Made by a program: the position numbers and the translations under genes. 64,000 bases of DNA from Tubiluchus corallicola (lineage: Eukaryota; Animalia; Priapulida): contig JAQGDQ010000171.1 in assembly GCA_030141605.1 (NCBI GenBank), positions 248,001-312,000 on the forward strand, read 5' to 3'. This document shows, one piece after another, positions 49,738-60,089 of this stretch. Positions within the stretch are counted from its first letter, which is position 1, and every line of letters starts with the position of its first letter. The notes beneath the pieces are model-generated. The model saw only the letters and a list, made by a program, of their open reading frames with translations, ran no database searches and was not told the origin of the DNA.

Positions 49738-52700
49738 ACCTGTCCAAAAGAAGCTTTTACAAAAGACGACAGAAGAGATTTACGTCTTGTAACTTACCAC
49801 AAAATTTAAATGCAAAAGGGTCCAACCGTTATTTTTTGACAAAATAAACCGAATTAGCACTTTGCGTTTCTTGTAAATTGCCTTCTAAGTTCATTCCTCT
49901 AAAGGAATCTTGGATCGGCCTTCCTGGTTAACTGACCTTCCAAGTTAACTGCAAATTTTCGGACATGAACTTTTATTAAAATTTCCTGTAAAAGGTTGTT
50001 GCGGCCATGGCGTTCTCTTCTTTACAAGACAACAGTGTGTTGAAACTTTAAAATCCCTAAATTTCCAAACCACTTTTTGTGACAGCACTATCTTTACTAT
50101 TCTGCACTCTCTGCAGAAACATCAACACTAGAAGACAATGAAGATGAACGTTCGAATGATTACAGCCGGATTTGCTGAAGCTGTCGACTTTTGTAGTTTG
50201 TATACGCATCATTACGATGACATAAAATTTCCCACGAGACCATACTTTTAATCTGATAAATTTGTCTCTGATCATTAGGCAAAATTGCTTTATAAATAAA
50301 TAAGCATGTAAAAGAATGAAAATTGCCATGCACCAATGTATTGCATTAAGCTAAATGGATTCCATTGGAACCATTTTTCGTTGTTGGACATCGCTAATTA
50401 CAGTGGTAGGTATACAGCATTTCCCAATGGCATCAATATCGTATTGATTTGCATGCATCTGAACTACGAAGCCCATTGATGATCAGCAGATAAATTTGAA
50501 GATTATATACTGCGTTCAAATCTCTAGTCAAAGCAAAAGACACAATAGTGACAAGTTGATTTATCTGGTTTAATAGCTTATATCGCAACACACACTTATT
50601 GCAAAAAAATTACAAAATTACAAAATACAATTACAATTTACTGTGGTTCAATGAATCATTTGCATAAAATATAATGAGCATTCCTTTCCTAAATATCTAC
50701 AAATTGCTATTGATAATGAATTCCAAAGCTCTATTGTTTAAATTTTGTATTTTATGGATGACAAAAAAGAGGAACCTTGTAAGTATAAACTTGCAAATGC
50801 TGACTGCGTGACGCGCGCGCTTTTTAACAAGTTACTTAAAATGACTGTTATCCGGACAATCTCTAAACACAGTTTATGTTTGTGGCATGAAAGGTCATGC
50901 ATTTGGATGATCGTTAACACAAGCAGGATAAATGAGAACAATGATAGATCCTGCATGAACCATGCTAGATTGGTCAGGTGACTCAGGTTTAGGAAGAAGA
51001 CCTTTATGTACCAGTAGTTTTATTTCCACATCATTTTATGTTGATAGTGGTGATTAATCTTTCATTTTAAAACACATGTTCACATAAATGGGCACATTGA
51101 AGGTATCTCTGCACAGTCTCTGTATAAACTTCACCTGTTCTTGATTTATCAGAAAGTTACCATGCTGCCACAATGGGTGATCGAACAAAAAAACGATCGA
51201 AACCGGAAACCTGGCCAAGTTCCTCCTGATGTCACAGACTGTAATGTTGTTTAGTGTGGTTAACTGGTGTGTGTTCCCTTGATAACGCTTTTCACGCAGT
51301 GTATCCTAGCAGGATCCTCTTCAAGAGCTAAAGGGTTTTCATTTGGCGAAGAAGAATTCGACGTATTTTGCTGATTCGGGATATTTTAATCTGAATGAGT
51401 GAACGAAAAGGCAGGATATATTCTATAAGGTTAATTTGTTTGTTAGTGAAATTCAGACATAGTAACAGCCTTCTTTAAACGCAGTTTTATTTCTTATAAG
51501 TTCCTCATTAACTTTTTGTTGATTAGATGCAGATGCACTTACCACACAAACGCATTAAACACAAAAAAAGAAAAACATCCTGATGAAATTTACACATTCT
51601 AATTTAAAAACGTGTTCTAAATAAGTAGACTCTGGTTCATACTTTTAAAAACTATTAGTATTACTTACCATATTCTGCTATGCAATATTAAGTTATGCTA
51701 CTTTAGATTTCTTTAGAATCCGAAGAAAAATAGTTAAAAATAGATAAATTTGCACAGAACTGGGCGCATTTAGCTAACGCCTCTCAGGTATAGAACCAAA
51801 TGGGATTATTCTCTATCTGTGTACTTACACTACAGGTCAATAGCCTGTCTGAAAAATTAGAGTAACACGGTTCGGAAGTAGCCTAATTTTACCCTGATTT
51901 TTATTAGTATAAATTTTAATAAAGGTGTGGCCATGGTATTGAGATTTGCACCTGTCGGTAAACTTTAGATCGCTGATCATAAAAATACTTTAAAAACTAA
52001 AAACAAGGCAGAAAACCTTTGATAAGTGAACAAAAACACGTACGTGACACTAAAATGCACAAATGTATTTACAATTTTTACAACAGTACAATATGCTATA
52101 CCCAGCAGTTACAGTTAAATTAATGCCTGCGTAGTGAAGCAGAAATTGGCTCTGAAAAAAAAATTAAGGATGACTGCTGTATCACACAACCACAACTATA
52201 TATGAAACAAAATCAAGAAAAAACGCCAAAATAGTGAAAGCAGGACATTCGTTTCCTTGTAACATCACCTGAAGGAGATGTTCATTAAAACCTTTAACAT
52301 TAAAGTTTAAAGCTATAATTTGTTTCTGCACCTATATTTTTGATTTGCCCTGACACATTTGCCTCCAACAGGGTATGCTTGGCCATCACTGATTGTGTGT
52401 TTGTTATGATTTTCAATATTATTAAAGGAAATAAAGATATGATTTTTTTACTTACTTACATTAATTTTCAGTTTTAGGCTATCACAAAAGTTCAAAGACA
52501 CGCACTTGTAACTTAGTAATGTTTTATGCGTATTGTGCTTGATTAGTATAGTAAAAATATATGAGCATTTACTTATCCAGGATAAGAAAGAAAACAGTTG
52601 ACTAGCATTATTGCACGTTTACTTTCTTAGGTGACAGACCTACTGCTAATGTTGAATTGTTGAGCCAGAATTGGAATTTAGCCAATTACCATCGACAATA

Positions 52701-53001
52701 AGATGAGATGCTGAACTGGAAGAGGTACCCTTTAGAAGCATCTATACCTTCTATCAACAAAACGAAGTAGTTGCAAGCAGAAACATTTTAAAACTGCCAG
52801 CGTAATGTCTCAACAGAGTTGCCAGACTATTAAGACATTCCGTGCGGTCTTAAACATTCACACATTGGAATGAAAGTAAGCAGTCGAACCTATTTTCAAG
52901 CTTGCACTGAACATCATTTCTCAAAAAACAGGAATAAAGATTTGGATTTGCATATTGTATTCACTTTTTCGAGGTAGATTTTCATAAATGTTGTGGTAAA
53001 T

Positions 53002-54672
53002 TCAGACAATCTCATCTATATTGCCTGCCATGATGTCCTGATAAACATCAATGAACATATAATCAGATAATGATTCGTAGCCACTAACAGCTTCCAGCAT
53101 TTGCTGTAACTGTTGGCGCAGTTGCTGAAAACTTGGTCTGTCATCGGGATTTTCACGCCAACAAACTTCAATCAGTTCATACACCTCTTCTGAGCACCCC
53201 GGAGGACACTCCATACGGTATCCATTTCTGATTGCTTCAATGACCTCAACAGCTGTTTTGTGTTCCGGGTAGGGCGTGACCCCAAGAGTTACGATCTCCC
53301 AGAAGAGTACCCCAAATGACCAGACATCTGATTCTATGGAATATTTGTTAAACTGCAAAGATTCGGGTGCCATCCAACGAACTGGCAAACGCTTTTGTAA
53401 CCTCTTCACATTAGACCGGTACTTGACAACGTCGTCTTCTCTTCCAAATTTACTAATCTTACACTTAAGGTCCGCAGAGACAAGAATACTCCTTGCTGCC
53501 AAATCGCGACACAGGCATTTATGCAGGGCTAGATGTTCAAGCCCTGACACAATGTCGGAAGCAAATGACACTGCCATTCTAACAGTCAAGTGAGCAAGAT
53601 TTGAATACTGGTCCGTATTCCCTGCTTCTTTCAAAAGAAAAGATTTTAAATCTCCGTTCTCCATGTAATCTTTAATCACTACTGTACCTTTTTCTGCATC
53701 ATTTATTTTTGTGATAAAACCTAATAAATTTTCATGTGCAGGAATGTCTTTTAAGATCTCCAATTCCTTTTCAAGATACGAAGTAATAAAATGATTGCGC
53801 TTTTCCTTTATTGTGTATTTAGCTGTGACTATTTGCTGCTCTCTAATTCTTTCTGGCTCAGTATTGTGCAAGATAGCTTTGTACACGTGATGATACGTGC
53901 CTTCTCCAAGTTTTTCTAGGTAACTTATTTTGTTTTTGTTCACGCATTCATCCGGTCGAGGAGGTAGTGCAGGAACATCGGATACCCGTGGCGGTAGTGG
54001 TGTAACATAAGGAAGGTCGTACACAACTTCTGTTCTCTGTTCTTGGTTGATGGCTACCACACCAGCCATTCTTCCAGGTTCAGTAGCTGATGCAGGCGTG
54101 ATTGTCACTTTGTTGTAGTCTGGTGTTCCGCAGCATACTAACCTACAACATAATGCAGCTGATACAATTGAGGCAATAAGTTCCAGTATACCCAAAATAG
54201 GATATATTATGTGAACACGGCGTGCAATGTTTTCTTCCCAGCAATCTGTTTCGTAACAGCTGGAATGTAATGCTATGATAGAACCTCCAACTATCATTAT
54301 GCAACTTGTTATTGCAGAAAGGATGCACAGTACCATGAAACTGATCCAGATGGGAAGTACGGGCTTTTTCTTTCCTATACATCCCACGATTCCTGTTACT
54401 GTGAACATGATCCCTGCCCATATGCCAATTAGGGCACCATTATAAGAAACCACTATAGAAAGTACAATAACTTCCAGAAGAAGGGCAATTGAACCAAGAA
54501 CCAATTGGACTACTGCTGCTGCAAATGCCACTTTCTTGGTTGTTATATTTCCTGCTGTACGTCTCTCTTGCTCTTGCTGCTGTGTGAATGTCATATTTTG
54601 TACAGACACTTGTTCTGGTACATAATTCAGCGTGTTGCCTATTTTTGCTGGAACCATCGCCATAGCTGGCAT
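53002..54672 (-). CDS. MS4A/CD20-like tetraspan fused to a tyrosine-kinase-fold pseudokinase (556 aa, single coding exon)
   Basis: aa ~46-181: four hydrophobic segments with MS4A signatures ([25 protein letters not shown], extracellular C-x4-[16 protein letters not shown]). aa ~249-527: TK fold ([65 protein letters not shown]). The ORF is uninterrupted. Confidence 0.9.
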   Translation of the reverse strand: MPAMAMVPAKIGNTLNYVPEQVSVQNMTFTQQQEQERRTAGNITTKKVAFAAAVVQLVLGSIALLLEVIVLSIVVSYNGALIGIWAGIMFTVTGIVGCIGKKKPVLPIWISFMVLCILSAITSCIMIVGGSIIALHSSCYETDCWEENIARRVHIIYPILGILELIASIVSAALCCRLVCCGTPDYNKVTITPASATEPGRMAGVVAINQEQRTEVVYDLPYVTPLPPRVSDVPALPPRPDECVNKNKISYLEKLGEGTYHHVYKAILHNTEPERIREQQIVTAKYTIKEKRNHFITSYLEKELEILKDIPAHENLLGFITKINDAEKGTVVIKDYMENGDLKSFLLKEAGNTDQYSNLAHLTVRMAVSFASDIVSGLEHLALHKCLCRDLAARSILVSADLKCKISKFGREDDVVKYRSNVKRLQKRLPVRWMAPESLQFNKYSIESDVWSFGVLFWEIVTLGVTPYPEHKTAVEVIEAIRNGYRMECPPGCSEEVYELIEVCWRENPDDRPSFQQLRQQLQQMLEAVSGYESLSDYMFIDVYQDIMAGNIDEIV

Positions 54673-57130
54673 GTAATTTCAACAAACTGAATTTCCTCCT
54701 AGATTCTAAACATAAAACTTTGTGAAGAGTGAATATCGAGTGACACTGCAACAAAACAAGAAAAATATCATTTATCTAATAACAAACCGGTTCATTTTCT
54801 CTACTGCCAGAATTTTCGGCCAGACGCATGTGCTATGTACGTACTTCACACTCGTACCCTTAAGCTTCCGTAAAGTGACAGTTTAGCAGCTTTAGCTTCG
54901 TCTTTCAAGTAAACGTTTTTCATATTAAAATAAGCCATAGCGAACCCTTAAATGGGCGCAGTACAGTTTTTAGTTTTTAAGAAAGACACGTATTGCCCAT
55001 AATTGATCATTACTTTCTAAACCAATTAAAATAAAAGACGCAACTTTATCTATCCTAGTCGACATGGAGTCCTGTATTTCATCTTATCACAGAGCAATAT
55101 CGCGTCATTTGGTAACACCAATAACTGCGCATATTAGTTGCAGATACTTTTAAAATTAAAAACTCATTTTTGTGCATTATGACATAAACATTTATCACGT
55201 TGTCACCCAATCACTAGTAGATTAAACTTACAGCAACGCACTTTCCTTGTAGTACACATTCGTGTCCGCCAGTTCTACCTATTATATTTCGCAGAACATA
55301 CGTCCAAGCATTACCGTACGAACGATCGCAGACTCGTCATGTGTTTAGTTATCTCGCTATGGTTCACACAATGCCGGCTTTTCTTACGCTTAAGTTGCTA
55401 CTTCTTGGAAAATTCCACTTCGGACTCAGTCTAGCGTGTAGAACATAAATAACTGCTGGCACAGATGTATTAGTTGGCGCAGCTGCCCTAAGGCACACGT
55501 TTCTGAGGACGTATCTGCACTGTGCCACGGTGCCTACAACCGTATAATTACATGATTTTTTCGATATTTTGTGAAGCTCACAGTCTCACTTATGTATGTT
55601 ACAATGCATTATAGTAACACGGAACATTTGCGAACGTATTAATTTTAAGCTGGTATAACGAAGTATCTCATTTAGGCCACCAACTCACATATAATCTAAT
55701 CTGCCTCAGTCTCGCCAAGTGCTAAGGCGCTAAGGCATAATTTCATTAAAGCTGTAACTGACAGAAGTGTAAAATTGATGATTGTTGAATATCGAAAAGC
55801 GCTGCTTAATATGCTTGGCATACCATATAACTCGCATTGTACAATGACGATAACGATTGCTGAAACTTCCTCCTTTGAATTTTTAATACCTAAGAGAAGT
55901 GTAAATCGGTCAAGAAGTACTGTCTTAAAAACACTGTCACTTTTAAACATGAATTCTACTTGTACAACCCTAAGAGTGAATAAGATATTTATTGTACAAA
56001 ATATTTCCAATTTTAATAACACTGTTTCTAATCATAATATATTTGCTTATGAGCTGTACTGGCTTACTGAAGGGGAAAACCACCTACCTGGCTTCTTGTA
56101 TGATGAAATTCGTCAGATTTTGTATCATATGATAACTAACTAATGTAAATATTCTTGTAAATTATTACTAACAAATATTGATGAATTGTAATATGTAATA
56201 AGTGCGAAATAAATCTTATACATATAATAAATAAAAAAAATGAATTGTTAATGTGTGCCTGATCACATCTTCATACTAACTATAGGGCATTTCTACTCTA
56301 CAGTACGACTGCTCGACGATATTACTTCAGAAATCGAGAGGTACAAAGGGTTGTAGACCACATCTGTGGTTGTAGACTTTTTTGCTCAGCAGAATAAAGC
56401 TGCCGTGCTTTTTGAAAGAAACTGTAACTCTCAACAATTGCAGTTACAAGTCGTGTCGTATTTACTTGTTATTTTATTATTATTTATTAGGCACAAAAGT
56501 ATACATTAAGATTAGTAGACAATAAGATTGTATAACTACGAGTCATACGAAGGTTACAGCCATACGACTGTGTGGCCATAGATGACGCAAGGAACTAAAT
56601 TTTGGAACAGGTCACTGCCTGTTAATCTATACACGTACCCCATAGACAAGAAACCAGTAGTAGCAATTCAAAATGTTTCCTATAGTCAGAGTAATACTCA
56701 TTAATGAAAGTACGAGTACATCAATTTTAAATTCTGAACAGCAGATACAGAGATTCTGTTTATTTTACCAACTGGGGCTCTTTTCTCGTATGTATTGTAA
56801 TGATTTCTTTTTCAGCGCCAAATTTTCAGCTTCAAAGATGGTTTTCCTACACTTAAGAAGGGACCATTTCAACCTTTGTAGTTTTCAATACAAAATTGGA
56901 CTCGGGCACTTCAGTACCAGCGCTATTAAATTAATGATGTACATTTTAAACATCGTTGAAGAGCAGTAGCTAACATTTTACACACTGATTTGACGTGAAC
57001 AAAAAAGCAAAAATACTAATTAATGGGTTCAGTAGACACATTTAATAAATAAATTCTGTTAACAAATTTAAGTCACTTTAAGTCACTCATTAGGACAAAA
57101 TGATTTGCTCAGTTAAAGTTTTGTAATATC

Positions 57131-57625
57131 CATTGGCGGCTCGTGTATACGCACTGTGGAACTACAGTACCCCCTATTTTCACTCAATATTATAAAAACT
57201 ATTCAACATAAGAGGTCTTTTTTCTTTAGTTCTTCTTTATACTTCTACGAAACTAGAGCACGTGAGGGTAGCACTGTCTGCTTCACAGCCCAGCACAGTG
57301 GGTTTTTGGTTGCTGTGCGCATGTGTGCATAACACGCTGTACGCTGCACTCGTTCACACAGTTTGTCAGTTGTTACGTGCTTAAAACCATATACAGGCAT
57401 ATTCTTGAACTATGGCAATTTAGGCTTTTCGTAAGCAAATAATTTTTTTTTTGTTTAGGGTTTTAAGTTTATGCATAAATTTTTGTATGTTTGTTTGTTT
57501 AAAATTACAATTATAAATAAAACATTAAATTACGTATGTTTGTTTCGTTTTACACAGTATTAAAACAATGGCTAAAATTTTTCTGAAGCAGCACCCCCAC
57601 TACTTTTAACTACGGGTCACCACTG
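57131..57625. mobile_element. hAT-type MITE
   Basis: Degenerate TIRs CATTGGCGGCTCGT...ACGGGTCACCACTG; 8-bp TSD GTAATATC (57123-57130) / GTCATATC (57626-57633). Confidence 0.7.
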
Positions 57626-57907
57626 GTCATATCACCACTACGGGTCATATCACCTGAAGTTTTACGTGATGAAACAAATCACTGGCAATACACGAAATTG
57701 AAATTTGTGATTCAAAATAAAGTTTCAAAATAGTTGTTTCAAAGAAGCTGAGATACAGATGGTTACAGTAGTACTTGTATAATTATGTCCCTAAGTATAC
57801 TTGAAGTAATGAAAATAAAATCCGAATACTCACTCTTTTCAGGCGGCTTTAATTTTATCCTTTTGTTTTTGAACTTTGGCTTTTTATATGGTGTGTTTGA
57901 AATTGGG

Positions 57908-57958
57908 AAATTGTGTAGAGAAAGAGAGAATGAGAGGGGGGAGGGAGAGGGAGAGGGA

Positions 57959-58029
<71 letters not shown>
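57908..58029. repeat. (GA)n microsatellite
   Basis: Directly visible. Confidence 0.97.
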
Positions 58030-58033
<4 letters not shown>

Positions 58034-58069
58034 ATTACAGTATTCGTGTTTTTTGGTTTAGTTCGTTGA

Positions 58070-58330
58070 CGACATGACGACGTGTCACGAAGCTCGCTTT
58101 GCAGACGTTAGGGTGCCTGGTTCAAACCAGGCTTCACAATTTAGTTTCACAATTCAACAATTATGACTCCATCTAAAGAGCCGACATATCGGACACTATT
58201 CCTTTACAGCAAGATAAATGGCTACCACTAAGCTCATTTGCAAACAGTAAACGTTTCCTACTTGCTTTTTGCCCCAGGTAACCATGACAGGTTAATGCCA
58301 TCTAGCGTAAACCAGTCTGTACCGTTATTG
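58070..58330 (+). mobile_element. Decayed tRNA-derived SINE
   Basis: Pol III B-box-like GGTTCAAACC at 58119-58128 within a CCTGG/CCAGG T-arm-like stem, followed by a TAAATGGCTACC SINE-core-like motif. No intact cloverleaf. Confidence 0.35.
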
Positions 58331-60089
58331 TGGAACAGTCTGTATTGTCATCGACTGGTATCTACGTAACAACAAGCGAAAACCAGTCCATCATATTGTA
58401 TTGGATACTAAATATACGTATTTATGATGTACAGCTAGGTGTAGTAAGCTTGTACAGCGTGTTTACGTGTTAAGCTCATACGTGAGGTGTACAAACTCCT
58501 AATATTGAAATGATTTTTTTTTTATTTATTTACTTGTGTACAGCTACTGTTTCTGAAGTGACAGGTATGAAAAAATACTTCAGCTTTACAGGTTTGAACA
58601 TTTTAATTGAATCTGATGCGGATGCAGTAATCAAAATCTTTAGAAAAAAAGGCCTAAGTTGATAATTATACAAAAATACTTTTTGGAATTTAAACGCGGC
58701 GAAAGCGAATCGTGCATGAAGCCACGTTAAATTTTTGTTTACTTTCTAAACCAAATTTAGGTTTATATAAGACCAAATGCTTATTGTAGAATTTTCGATT
58801 AGATGCCGATAGCTTCTGACAGATCGTCTTAAAGTAATGATGAATTAACTGTAATTTATTGCCATTTATTTGCAAGTCTAGCTTAATAACAGTTTGTAAG
58901 TTTGACCAATTTTTTAACTATAATTGAAGAAAGAGAGAAGTATCGAAATGATTCTAAAATATATGTAACAACTAACGCGATATTTTCATGCTAAATAAAG
59001 GCGAAATTTAACGGATTGGTGCTACTCGACTTTCAATTCTGATTTTTTTCAAGAAACAGCGTTGAGGTTGACTTCCTACACATTTATTTTGCACAATTAC
59101 AGGACATTTTCCAGTCATTGGACTGCATAACAAGGCAGATGAGTGCTGTACTATGAGCTACGCCCTATCATTGTTATTATTATCATATGGTACAAGTTTG
59201 CATCATCATTATAATATTACAAAAGCGGTTAGATGCACAGCATTGAGGGTAAACTTTTGGCAATAAGCCTTGTAATACTTATGATGATATAATTAAACTT
59301 CCTGACGCTTGCGGCTAGTTCCTACCACGAGTTTTTATCTATGAAGAAATCTTCTTGAAGGCCTAAAGGTATTCATTAGGGTCAACAACACACCTTTACG
59401 TCCAACTAGTACTGAATTGAGTATGTAGGTTAAAATTTTCACAGATTGAAAGAGCAGAATTTTGGCGCAAATTAATTGTTTTTTACTAACTCACATTTAA
59501 ATTCGTATATATATTATATATTTATATAATCGTTATATTTATTTAGCAAAAAGGTAAATATTACATTTTACAGAATTGCAATCTTATGTTAGTTCATCTG
59601 CACATTATCTAATATAAATTATGTCGATTAGTAACTAACATTTATAAGTAGTGTCTAATTACAAAAAATCAAATAATATAACCTTTAGCTGATCAGCAGA
59701 TTTAGCAATATCTCTTTTACTTCATCATTACAAAAGCTTCAGATTAAACATTCACCATTAAGTGTCCAGAAGAGTCCTGATTTCATTAAAACTAGCAACA
59801 CTCCTAAACTTTACTGAGTTAACGCGTATACGATTCTTTCCCATTGTTGTTATGCTTATATTATTATCGTGTAAATAGACAAGTTTCTCATGATCTCATT
59901 GTTTTGCATAATTTCTATACGATTGTACAACTTTTGCCTGCATTTTGCATAGTTTATTTCTGTCAGAAGTTATTAACTGCATAATGTAATTATGTTAATA
60001 GTTTTGTTATGTCAATTTGATTCTTTTCACATTATGAAATAAACTAGTTTGGCCGTTGATGTAATAGCGGTTTTTCGTTAACTTTGTAG

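Noticed and set aside
58070-58140. Possible tRNA gene
   Set aside because: Only a B-box/T-arm-like hairpin is present, with no complete cloverleaf; treated as a SINE remnant.
59100-59820. Candidate upstream TTLL exons
   Set aside because: Acceptor-like sites exist, but no recognisable protein similarity or consistent phase chain could be established.
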